Shown: piece after piece, positions 1-11,400 of the stretch
Numbering within the stretch: the first letter of the stretch is position 1
How the letters are laid out: the number at the start of each line of letters is the position of its first letter
Source: Marsupella aquatica
Taxonomy: Eukaryota > Plantae > Marchantiophyta
Direction: 5' to 3'
DNA: 64,000 nt
Assembly (NCBI GenBank): GCA_973895155.1
Contig: OZ316894.1
Span: forward strand, 8,642,234-8,706,233
Notes under the pieces: model-generated
What the model was told of the DNA's origin: nothing
What the model saw: the letters and a program-made list of their open reading frames with translations, nothing else
Databases searched by the model: none
Program-made: the position numbers and the translations under genes

Positions 1-351
1 TCTTATAAGTATCAAAATTTGATTTAAATGACCCTATTGTTCTTCTGAAAAAATTCTTAAGTCTTCCATTTAAACCAATAAAATGGTCATATCCTTCGTT
101 GCACGTGATGTGCTAGTTTTGTGGAAATGAAACCCCCGAGGATGAGCCAACAGACAAATTTGGATCAATGGGACAACGTAGGAAGTTTTTGTAACGGTGA
201 GCAAGCCATCTGGTTCATCTTGCAGTAATGTTAATTTTCCCGGTTCTGTACAAGGCCAAAGCATATATAGTTTGGATTCTTATAAACTTTCGGTTGTGTT
301 TTGTTGCAATTGGAAATACTAACAGAAGAACACAATAGAGCAATTTTGGCA

Positions 352-1821
352 GGTATCAACCATCAAGTGACATCAAGCCATGGATGCCAAAATATTTGGC
401 ATTTTTTTTCTTGTCAGGGTCGTATTCGTGGAGGCATGGAATTGTGGAATTTGCATAGAGATGATATTACTGTCTGAACTGATAGGTCTGTGAAGTGAGT
501 GCTCGATTGAAACCGTGACTGAGTTCAATTGTTTGATGTGCCAAACTCCTATTATTTGTCCACTTTCCCAAGACCAGCCTTGTAAGACGTTCCCTGTAAT
601 AGAGCCTGTCCACTGGATAATGCAACCTGCACACCGGTAATGCAACCTGCAGCTCACGTGTTTTGATCTGGTTTGCCCACTATTTCTAAGATTTTTACTG
701 ATTTTTGTGTAGCAGATTTGAGGAGCAATTAACTAAGTAAGAACAACAACTATAGCATAGATTGTTACAGTGAAGAGCAATTCAAAAATGTTTCTCATAG
801 TTACAAAGATGATTTTGTGATGACAGTAACACAATATAAGCGTCATCTGCCATGTCTTGAGGAGACAAAGAAGCCTAATTTTGTTTATGCAAGTTATAAC
901 CATGTTAGCATTGTGTGGTAAAATAAGTATCAAAAAGTTGGGAAGGGGGCTGCCTAAGGTTGGCTGAAGAACATCGCCTTACTTGTTGGACTGCCCCCTG
1001 AGATTTTTACAAACCAAAGTGGGAGGGCGACATTAGTGATGCCCATGGCTGCCAAAGGAGTGTCTGACAAGGTAGGCATGGCCATAACTGGTCATCGCAG
1101 TACTGGAGGGTACAAGAGATACGACATAACTCAAAAATTGAAAATGGAAGCTACAACCTTAGTCTCCTCAAGTCTGAATCTGGATTATGGACAGGCACTA
1201 GCTCACGTGTCAAAATCATTCGTGGAGGAGTTAGTCGGTTCCTCTACAACTTTGAAACCCTTGATTGATAGGGTGAGCGAGATATTCAACTTGCAGTTGG
1301 CGTTGCAAAATGGAGCACAGGTGAGTACTGGATTTGCAATTTGTCAATTCAGTTCATGATTGAGTTGAATTTGTAATAATCTGTTTTTTTTCTTGGATTA
1401 TAGGGATTGAACACAGCACAAGAGCAAGAGTTGGCAATAATGAAGAACAACCAGGTGAGACACTCGAAATGAAATCGCCTGGTAGAGCAACGAAATCGCC
1501 CGGTGGAGCATTTTAGTTAATTTTGCACATTTGGCTGTTCTCAGGAGTCAAACTCAAATGCTGTGAAGGTGTTGCAGGCAAAGTGGGACGAGTAACCAAA
1601 TTCCTTAGTATGATGATGGTTTGACTACAAGAGCAAATTTGCCAAGGATCCGATCCTTCACAAATGAATGTGCGGGGGCGGGGGGGGGGGGCATTTAAAA
1701 GGCCTAATGTGTTTGTGAAGAACAGCTTGACAGGGAACCAATTTCACAATTGTTTTGTCACAATCAAGATCGTGCAGCCTACTAAGGAGGAGGAGGAGGA
1801 GGAGGAGAATATGGCGTTATG
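352..1821 (+). mobile_element. Decayed intron-containing tyrosine recombinase gene, Crypton/DUF3504-like DNA transposon relic (probably extends left of the window)
   Basis: Manual translation gives YR catalytic motifs in order: GRIRGGMELWNLHRDD (~418-465, catalytic R), SKNN (~736-747, K), NQSGRAT (~1012-1032, H-x-x-R box with H>Q) and ITGHRSTGGYKRYD (1084-1125, H and nucleophilic Y). A C-terminal FHNCFVTI motif lies at ~1742-1765. GT..AG intron-like gaps separate the blocks. In-frame stops at ~919 and ~955 plus frameshifts mark it as inactive. Confidence 0.75.
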
Positions 1822-2890
1822 AATTTAGATTTTGGTAGTGAAGAAGTTAGATAAGATAGTTTTGGCAATAAAACTTTAGGATTAGCTCAGCAGAAAGATC
1901 ATGAATCTACATACATTTTCTTTCAACTATAATAGACCAGACAGATGAGTCATGTATGACATGTCACTACAATTTAAACTATGGCAATGAGGCCTACAAA
2001 TAAAGTGAAAATTTCTCCAAAAAATGCTACTTTTGGGCATGAGTCTTGCAAAATCTGTCATACTTGTTGTCCACTATTCATTGATTGATGCCACCAACTT
2101 CCATGTGCTGGCATCTGTTTCCATGCACTGGCTGCACCTATCAAAATTGAAAGATATCTTGTCAGGATGCAAATTTACACAAAGACATTTTGTCAGGACT
2201 CAAAATTACACTGTCAGGAAGCAAACTTATGGTGTCAGGCAGTAAACTTACAAGAAACTGGTTGTGTTAGCCACCAACGTTATGCAAATGGTGAGGTCTG
2301 CCAGATTCTTTCACTAGACGGAACATGGACTATAAACCAAGATTACGTGTTGAATCATAGACGAGGAACATAGAGGGAATTATGGCAGGTTTTGCTTTAT
2401 ATTACTTTGCAAGGTCGGGAAGGGAAGGGCTGCAAACATTGGGGCCTTTGCCCTTGAAAGTGCTCAAGTTTAGCTGCCAGGACTGGCTCAAGAGGGGGGA
2501 AAGGTAGGAAAGTCTTGACTCAAGGGTTTCACTTCCATAGAATGGGCACATCGCGTGCGATGAAGAATATGGTGGTTTTATTGGTTTTAAAGGAAGACAC
2601 AGAAAATTTTGTGGACTAACTTTAGGGTTTTTTAATCCAATTTGGAGTCTTGTAATAACATTAGGGTACTTTTAATCAAAATTTTAGTATATTCCAAGAA
2701 TATAGTGTTTTAAAAATGAAAAAAATCTTATATTTTTGGGGGTGCAGGGCTTAAAAACATCACAGGTGATGGGGGGCCTCTATGTAGTGAGACCCCGAGA
2801 GTCTCGATCACTCCAAAGGTGCCACCTGATCTCACCTAAGGGCGATTCTTTGAAGACCCTCACATGCAAGCAGCCCTAATTTGAGGACAA

Positions 2891-3017
2891 CCAAAATGAA
2901 AATTATTACTTGATAGACCCCACAAATGATCCAGATTGGTGATAGATCTTAAATCACTCTAAGCAAAAATCTTATGGGGTCAGTCAAGTAACATTTTTCA
3001 TACATTTTTCATTTTGG
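2891..3017. repeat. Small foldback/MITE-like inverted repeat
   Basis: ccaaaatgaaaattattacttgatagaccccacaa (2891-2925) is an imperfect reverse complement of ttatggggtcagtcaagtaacatttttcat...ttttcattttgg (2971-3017). Confidence 0.55.
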
Positions 3018-3117
3018 GAGTACATCAAGTAAATGTCTTCTTTTTCACAGTGCCCCTGTTTACCCTCACCATGCCCCTCTTTACGGCGTCCGGTGGGAAT
3101 GCTCTTAGACTTAATTA

Positions 3118-3374
3118 AACCACACCTGCCACTATAAAAGTCTCGTTCCATGTCTCATTACTTACCATAAAAGCTGAACCACTAGCACCTTTTGTGGAAT
3201 ACTTGCCAAAAAAAGTCAGCATCTTTTTTGGAGCTCAAAGTACATTCCTGAACCTGTGTTCTTTACTATGAGAGCTAAGGGTTACCCCTAGCCCTTTATA
3301 GGGGCAGGTGTGGTTGCTCTTTACTATGAGAGCTAGGGGTTACCCCTAGCCCTTTATAGGGGGCAGGTGTGGTT
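3118..3374. mobile_element. MITE (Tc1/mariner-Stowaway-like geometry) with duplicated right end
   Basis: Left TIR aaccacacctgccactataaa (from 3118) matches the reverse complement of tttatagggggcaggtgtggtt (ending 3374). TA flanks both sides (3116-3117, 3375-3376). The last ~57 bp are tandemly duplicated (3260-3315, 3318-3374). No ORF. Confidence 0.7.
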
Positions 3375-4446
3375 TACGAAACAGATTAAAAAAGTGGGGT
3401 AACGGCTAAAGGTACCAAAGAGCAGACACAAAATGAGAAGTGGGTGTCCTTCCATGGAAATCAAATTCCTGTGGCTCCCTTTAGCGGAAGGATTGGTGCT
3501 CATTTCGCCAGCAGCAAACACCCACAAGACCAAATCTGCACTGCAGGCTGAGCTGTTGCAAGTGTTTCACTTAAAATTGTAGCAATTTGCAATTCGAGGT
3601 GGACGATCTCGCCAAAGCATCAAGCAGTGAGCACGGGGGTGATTCACTAGAACACTCCTGCGAGAGCAACCTGCGGGGACAGCCATCGAAGAGCAGCGAT
3701 TTAGTGAAGTTTTTTTTCTGGACGAGGAGAGAGGAGAAATTCCGCTTGCCAATCTTACTAAGCCAAATTTGCGCTCCTACTCTACATTGAGCGCAAAGTA
3801 GAGCAGAGACGGAGGTACGTCATATGGTTATTGAGAAGCTGGAGATACCAGTGTGCTGATTAGGAGGCAACGCCCGTCTTTGTTTTCCTTCAAAGAATTC
3901 CTGTCAATGAATTTGTGTAATCTGAACTGTACAACCAGGTTTGTGATTGGGTTCCTTATTGTCTTCGGTGAATGGCTCAGAGAGCACGGAGATACAGGTG
4001 ATAAACTCGTTGCAATGTGCAGCGCATCTTAGTGCCCGCCGTTCCACGTTCTGCTCTTTGCAATGCCGGAGCCCTCCAATTGATCGATTGGTCTGAAAAT
4101 TATGTAACTGTGGACTTTTGAATTTTACCCATCGGTTTGATGGGTTCAACTTTAAGAATCCTTCACAGAAAGCAAGCTCGGACAAGGGGTTGTATGTATT
4201 CACCTTGCTTAGTTTGTTCCGTTGAGTCTTCCAAGCCCAGAAACGGAACGGAGAACACAGGGTCGCTGTTGGAGACTTTGGAGAATTATTTACTGTGCGA
4301 TCTACGTGGATTTGAATTCCCAGTCGCAATTTTGGTTGTCGAGAGGAATCATGGTCTTGTAATTGTTGAATTTCAGGTTGCCTGGCGTTCTAAGAAGGCA
4401 GTGGAATTCGTTTTGGGTGGCTGTCTCATTGTCATCTTAAGTTTGG

Positions 4447-5458
4447 ATGGCAGTGGTAAACATGTACGCATCGGCACAGCTCAGCGCAACTCTTCAACCT
4501 TGGCCTCGATCAAGGAACTCCAGTCGACTGCAATGCAAGGTATTCTGTCTGGTTGTCCATAGGAGTCCGCTAACCTCCCAGGGACAAGGCTGTGCGCAAG
4601 CATCGCTTCCCTCAATATTCATCTTGTAGACGATCATCCAGAACAATATAATGGGCGTTCAAAGGGTCTCAAAGTTCCTGTTCATCCCAAGGGTTATGAA
4701 TAGTTGGCAAGAAGTAGCCAGCCTCACGAACAATGCATCTGAAGCTGAATTACCAGAAGTCCTTATAGTTTTTGCTCAACGATCAGATGAAACGCTAGAA
4801 AACTGCATGGAGTTCTGATAAAGTTTACTGCCGCTTTGGACAGAACCCACTTGCTTCGGCAACTTGTTTGGGGGGTTTTCATGGACAATTGACAGAAGGC
4901 CGAAGGAGTCTTGAATTCCGCAGGCTAGACTTGTGTTCAGACTCTCAGTTGAACCGCAGACTTTCCACCTCTGGGCTGATCTGCAATGCAACCAATGCAG
5001 CAAAGAACAAGGTGACGTTTTCAAGGGACGAATTGACAGAATCACAACTCAAGCAGTGGGAAGAGTCGTGCAGTGTTTTGGAGGGACTAGGTTTTAACAC
5101 TGACGAGGCAGATAAAGTATTAGGCAAGGCTTTTGGCTGGGTTCAGTCACCTTATTGGAGCGAGAATACTGTACAGACAGTCCCAGAATTGGAAGCAGTT
5201 TCGTCTAAAGTTGATTTCGTGAAAGCCTTAGGCTTTTCTGACGTTGAGCTCACACCAGTGCTCAAGAAATTTCCGGAGCTACTTAATTGTAGGAAGACGT
5301 TGATGAAACACAATCTCGGAATTTTGAACAAGGAGTGGGGCATCTCTGGGAACACACTGAAAAATTTAATCAAACGCAACCCACATGTACTTGGTTATAG
5401 TGTCGACTGCAAAGGTGATTGTATGGCCCAGTGCACACGTTGTTGGGTCAGATTTTGA
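4447..5458 (+). CDS. mTERF12: mTERF-family (mTERF12/At4g09620-like) organelle-targeted protein
   Basis: ORF 4868-5458 has mTERF-type helical repeats (LGFSDVELTPVLKKFPELL; LIKRNPHVLGY) and the C-terminus DCKGDCMAQCTRCWVRF that I recognise from this subfamily. Putative first exon 4447-4539 (MAVVNMYASAQLSATLQPWPRSRNSSRLQCK|gt) resembles a transit peptide and would splice in phase to the AG at 4797-4798. The 5' structure is tentative. Confidence 0.8.
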
Positions 5459-6565
5459 AGCTGTTTCAACTTCATAATATTCAGCATAATCTTCACAACA
5501 AGTCAAGGTTTGCCCCGTATTCTCGACAGTCAGAAAAGTCTGGTCTGATGACGGGAAGCACCGTTTGGAGAGACTACTGCTGAAATTTTTCAGTACTCAG
5601 GCGAGATTATCCACCTTTGAATCAATTTTTTGATTCCCATGTAAACCCCATTGAATAGGTATGGGTTCCTGGCTGATCGACCGGCAAAATCCCTGGCATG
5701 TGCGCAATTTCGTATTCCGTGGAAGGTAGCAACGAGATTAAAGGGACGCTAAGGGTAATCCAACTGGGTAGAGATGATGGTGAGCTCGATACCTTCAGCT
5801 GTGGGCAGCAGATATGTGGTTCCTATTCTCTATTCAGGTGACAAACTGGAATAATATTGTAGTTTTAACACAATCATTAACATTGTTATCTGTCTTAGAA
5901 ATTTTTATTTCAATACAGGCGTTGTCTAATGAGTAATTTTTCAAGATGGTTTTGTTCTAGATCATAAAATGTTACATGACCACCTTGTTGTGCACATAAA
6001 GCACGTATTGACTTCTTCTCCTGAGGGCTGCTGAAACAGTGAAATGATGCACAAGCGGAATGCCGTCTGTAAGGGTCTCAATAGGTTACGTGCTAGTGAT
6101 CCAGGGACAGTTTTGATCAACACAAACAGTTAGTGCTAAGTAACAAAAAAATATTTACACACTGTATTTTCCTTTCCTGGTGCCTGTACTTCGTCCTCGT
6201 TTGTTCTCCAGTGCAGCCGGCTCCAGTCCCTTTCGACGTGCAAGTAGCAGGAATGAACGCTCTTGAATGGGTTCACGTCAAATTTTTGACATTCAGCTAT
6301 TTCCATTTTATGTTGAGCCGACAAGTACCGGAGCGTTCGACTATGAATAAGCTTTGAAGTTAGACATCTTCAATGTTTCGTAATAGGAGTGAAGTTCTAC
6401 TCGCAAGACCTCGAAACTCGAACCAGTGGCGTTTCGAGTGTCTGCAAAAATCGCTCTAATCTTGGCACCATTGGTGGTCTTTGCTTCGACGGAAGCTCCT
6501 TCCCTTCTCCGAGTTCTGTCTATGGTTACTTGTGCACTGATCTATTGTTTTGATTCTGGAGAAAT

Positions 6566-8924
6566 CTATAATTGAATATCCTGGGCGAACTGTTGAAGCG
6601 CGTAGGTAGAAGATCCACCACCTGAAAGAGCGGTAGCTGCCTTCTGTTTGAGGACCTCCATCCTGCCACTCATTGCCAACCTTTCGTCTTCCATAAATAG
6701 TCTAACTGCTCTTTCGACCTCTTCCTGCTGCATAATTCCATCGGCTCCCTTTTGAACCTCAGATGCGACCTTGAGTTCATCCACCAGGTACCTGGATCAC
6801 CGGAAGCATTTTTCTAGTTGTGTTCTCCATAAAGAGTTCTCTGACTAAGCTTATCAAAAGGCTGCACACAAAAAACGATTGTAGGTTGCAAAAGCAAGCC
6901 CAGAAACGGGATTTGGCGAAAAGTGGCTCAATCCACGGACGTTCATTAAATTAATTAAACACTCTGATCCACAAATTCGAATCCTGCGTAAGGTTGAATT
7001 TTTGTGAAGGACATACTCACCTGCAATTGATGTGCTGGTCTGCAGAAATGGGCCATGCAAGCACGCTCACACCACTGATTACAGCCTCCAGACAGGAGTT
7101 CCAACCACAATGGGAGAGGAACCCACCAGCGGCCGGATGAGACAAAACTTGGACCTGGGGTGCCCAACCTTCCACAATGTAACCACGTTCAGTAACTCTT
7201 GCTTCAAAACCTGGGGGCAGCATACTACAGCCTGAAACCCATTCCGAAGTGGCCTGGTCGGGTTCTAGACCTTTTACGTTGTTTGATGCACTCACAGTGG
7301 GATCGGGAAGAGCCAACAAGAACCGGTGCTTGCTACGCTCAAGTCCAATCACTAATTCCTGAATTTGCACTGGTTTCAACCGAAACAACGTTCCAAAACA
7401 TATATAGAGGACGGAAGAGTCCGGCTGGGTATCGAGCCAACGGATGCACTGCTCTTTCGAGTCGTCTAGTCCCTTAACGAGTGAATTCGAGGTTCGACAA
7501 AGTGGACCAACCGGGTAGAACTTTTGGCCCTGCCGGCCAACATAGTTCGCAATTAGAACAGATCCACACAATCATGTTAGGCTGCCTTGTGTTGCTTAAG
7601 GAACCATCTATAAAATTGTCCATTGTTACTAATTCGCATCCTCGCAGAAACTTGAAAACACGTATTACCTTGATTGGAGACAGATTCCTTATCATGTCGA
7701 TTTGCGAAGCTTCAAGCTCATAAAAGGTGTTCATCAAAATGCTGGATGCTGCCATAATATTTGTTGCAGCAATTTTAAATTGAAGAGGGAAGCATCGACA
7801 AGTCACCGGGAGTTCGTGGTACCGTAGTGCAGGTAAACCCGGTACGTTGATTTGCCCATCAAACATTTCAAGAGGGGAGTCATCAGCAGTTGCTCTTAGT
7901 GTCCCTTGGATGAAGAGTTCCTCAGAAGCTTGAAGAAACCTGATTAATACTGCCCCGCTTGGGATGAAAGTATACCTTGGAATGTGCAATTGCAAGGCTA
8001 GATCCTGTCACAATCAGTACAGCGGTAAGTCTTTGACAAGCATAAAATGGGTCTGGACGCAAAGAAGTCTAACCACGTTGATGTATTGTGGCACAGAAGT
8101 GTCTGCAGAGGTTTCTTCAGAGAGTTGGTTTGATCAGTGCCAACTCAACCTCTGCAACATCTTGAATACAAATAGATTGTGAAAACTTTGGAGGACCGGG
8201 AAACTTTGTAAATCCCCGTCTTGATTCTTATGGATACGGGGTATTCTTATGATTTCTTATCCTCCTTAACCCATAAGGGAAGTCCCTCTTCTGTACCGTT
8301 TCACAAAATTCAGGAGGACATTAGAAAGGATTCTATGGACTAGCCCACCTGTGTCGGACCATTTTCATGTGAACGGGCATTCCATTCACGAATTACCAAG
8401 CATTGTCTGAACCCGACTAATCTTGGATATGAATTCAAGCTTAAAATTCTGGGATGTGAAACCGATGACAGCTCCAATTTCAAACTCTGGTAAGAATGTA
8501 GTGACCCTCACCAAGAATGCAGTTCAAATTTGAGCTGTCGAAAACATACCGTTGACCAGTAGATAAACATATCCGACAAGATGCAAGTCGGTCCCTCACT
8601 GCTAGAGAGCTGGTCAAGCATGTTGGCGGCTTCGAACGACTTCTCGAGCAAGACTGAAGCCTCCATGGGGGACTCTGTGACCACATTAGGTCTCGGAAGA
8701 CCCACGAACTGCAGCAAATCCATGCTGTGAAGCTCTGAACCTTCATCGCACAGCAGACTGTCAATGTCTGGTTTATGGCAAATAAAAGTAACGCGGATGC
8801 CCTGCTGCACAAGCTGTTTGGAGAGCAAGACAGCAGAAATAATGTGCCCATGACTAGGGTGTGCAATGAAGAGAACGTGTGCTCTTTTCTTGTTCTTATG
8901 CCCTTCCTTATCGACCCCACCCAT
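6566..8924 (-). CDS. Family-1 UDP-glycosyltransferase (plant UGT), ~481 aa
   Basis: Exons 8924-8550, 8004-7669, 7529-7021 and 6791-6566, all GT-AG with consistent phases. N-terminal HVLFIAHPSHGHI (catalytic His), CILSDMF (catalytic Asp), and a complete PSPG box WAPQVQVLSHPAAGGFLSHCGWNSCLEAVISGVSVLAWPISADQ. Confidence 0.95.
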
Positions 8925-9294
8925 AGGTCTGGGCTGCAGGCTGGATTGAATTTGCAGCTATCTCCTTCAGAGAATCCGCACGACCTTTCGGGCCTCTGGC
9001 TGCTATGTGCAAATTGTGTGCCTCCGTTTCCCCCATCGCTACTTTGGGGCACATTCATGTTAAGTTGGCACTGGTACCCACCATGTAGGCCTGGAAACGA
9101 GTTAACTCTCGTTCGAACCTGGGTCTCCGTGGTTCAAACCACAGAAGTGCTTTTGAGGCAACGTCAAATGTGAGACTCTCGTCTCAGCGAGACTCTCGTC
9201 TCAGCGAGACTTTTCTGCTCGAAGTTTCAAATTTTCAACACCATCGACATTGGGCCTGCGCTCAAGAATTGTGAATCACAATTTTCACTCGATT

Positions 9295-10155
9295 GGAGAC
9301 ATGGACGCACTTGAAGCAAGGAGACAGAATTTGGTGAAGCAGATTCAAGAAGACTGGGTTGATTTCGAGGAAGAGCGAGCATTTCCGAAGCACGTCATGT
9401 TCACGGGGCCTTCGTCTATGCCATCGGTTTGGTAGATTGTGACAGAAACGAGGAGGGGGATCATCACCTGGCAAGAGGGCCAATAAAAATCGAAAGAGAG
9501 AGAGAGGGGCATAAAATGATAGGGGATTACTTTTGTAGAGAATTGTACCTACGATGCTGTTGATTTTCGACGAAGATTCAGGATGAGTTGGAGGATTGTA
9601 CCTACGATGCTGTTGATTTTCGACGAAGGTTCAGGATGACTAGCTGACTATTCGAGAAAATCTCTTCTGCAATTGTTGCACACGACAACTATTTGTGGCA
9701 GAACCGAGATGACACAAAAAAACATGGGATTGTCTGCTGCTCTTCGGCAGCATGCACAAGGAGTAGGGGCGGATGCCACCAATGAGTATTGTAGATTGGG
9801 AGGATACACTGCTAGGAAATCACTCTATAGGTTCTGCAAGGCAATTCGAGAATTGTACGAGAAGTACTTGACGAAGCCAAAGAGGGCTCATTTTGATAGA
9901 CTGCTGGCTGTCAATGACACGAGAGAGTTCCCAGGGATGCTACTGTAGCTCCCTCCATTGGATGCACTACAAATGGATAAATTATGACACGAGAGAGTTC
10001 CCAGGGATGCTACTGTAGCTCCCTCCATTGGATGCACTACAAATGGATAAATTGTCCCCTGGCTTGGCAAGGGCAATTCAGGGACAAAGATGTCTGAATT
10101 CACTTGTGCTAGAGGTGATTGCTGACCAAGAGCTGTGGATCTGGCATGCTGTTTT
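9295..10155 (+). mobile_element. Decayed PIF/Harbinger-type transposase fragment (plant transposon nuclease)
   Basis: Translation reads YDAVDFRRRFRM..., AALRQHAQGVGADATNEYCRLG..TARKSLYRFCKAI..LY.KYL, then FPGML..SLHWMHYKWINCPLAWQGQF, resembling the GMLGSLDCMHWxWKNCP..WQGQ signature, then EVIADQELWIWHA. It is broken by stops, frameshifts and two internal tandem duplications and is 3'-truncated. No TIRs found. Confidence 0.85.
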
Positions 10156-10886
10156 GGGGTTCTATTCGCCAGGTTTTTTGTCCTCGATTAGCCCGTTTCC
10201 CACCTAGTCACGGACCCCAATAGCTAGACTCTGACGGCGATCCTTAAATCTAGACAGATCTAGCTGTCAAAAGTATTAGAAAATTACACAAAACATGTTC
10301 TTAGCCACCCTCGAAAAACAAACCTTAAAATTGAGTCCAAAGTAACACTATTGCATCTTGGTTTCTCAAAATAGTTTTTTTACACTTTTGTTTAAAATGC
10401 TAGTTAATAATGGGGGATCTTGAGTCCAAAATAACACTAGTTCTTGTGTATTTTTGAAAATGTCTTCTTCTCACTATTTTTCCCGGCTATTGTTACACTC
10501 TTGAATTCAGAGTAACACTGATTCATGTGCATGGAATTAGTGTTTAAACAGGATTTTTGTGAGTAACACTAATTCATGGGTTGAGCCCAAAAATGTCCGC
10601 TCTCAAATTAGTGTAAAACTAATTACGGTGAACAATGTAGCATTTTTTAAAGTGGTAAATATTGCTAGATTCCACCCTTCTGAAAAGTCTTTGTAGCTTT
10701 TGACAAAACTTGTCTAGGTTTTTTGTTTTCCATTAGCCAGCATCTCACCTAGCCAATGACTCCATCAGTCAGTTTTCCAGGTTGATCTAGGGATGTCTGA
10801 CCATTAGAAATTAATCTCGGAAAATTAGATAAGGACTATTCTTAGCATCTTCTCCTTCAACAAGGTAACATTGGCCAGAAAAAACT

Positions 10887-11400
10887 TTAATTAATTCGAG
10901 GACCCCTTGGTTATGTAAGCAGGGATGTAAGCTTGTTTTATATAACTATTTGGAGCCATGAAGAGTTGTACATTGGAATAGATAGATGAGATAACATAGA
11001 TTATATGGAGTATTCTAAATGACATGAATTTTAAAGGGAGTTGGGGCAATTTCATTAGAGACAAATGGTACATTCATGGTAATATGAGGGTAATTCTCTA
11101 TGCAAAAAGTTTCACTCAATACCTTTATGTTTATACAATACATGTAACATTCTATATAATTCATGCAAAATATTATTTTGTCCATAGTAGTTGAAAGATC
11201 TTAGAGTCCCTTGTTATTACTCTACTTCATAGTAGTTATGGTGTTTCTTATCTTTGCTTGTTACTTCTCTATCCATAGTAGCCAAAGGGTTTCTTAATTT
11301 ACCTTGGTAATTAGAGAAATTGAAAATTTTATTGGGTTTCATATGTTGCCTTGGTAAATGCTAGAGTAGTTGAAGAGTTTCTTTCTACTTGTCATTATTT
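10887..11400 (+). repeat. Dispersed AT-rich repeat family, copy A (inverted relative to copy B at ~49180-49550)
   Basis: ttaattaattcgaggaccccttggttatgtaag (~10888-10919) matches the reverse complement of 49515-49548. Recurrent internal motif (t)ccatagtagttga(a) at ~11181, 11228, 11272 and 11364. Confidence 0.6.

Noticed and set aside
8480-9173. 192-aa (-) and 132-aa (+) ORFs over UGT exon 1 as overlapping genes
   Set aside because: Alternative-frame or antisense products without recognisable motifs. The UGT frame explains the region.
9087-9210. Left TIR of the Harbinger element near taggcctggaaacgag and the 17-bp gagactctcgtctcagc repeats
   Set aside because: No matching right TIR or TWA target duplication found, so the boundary is unsupported.
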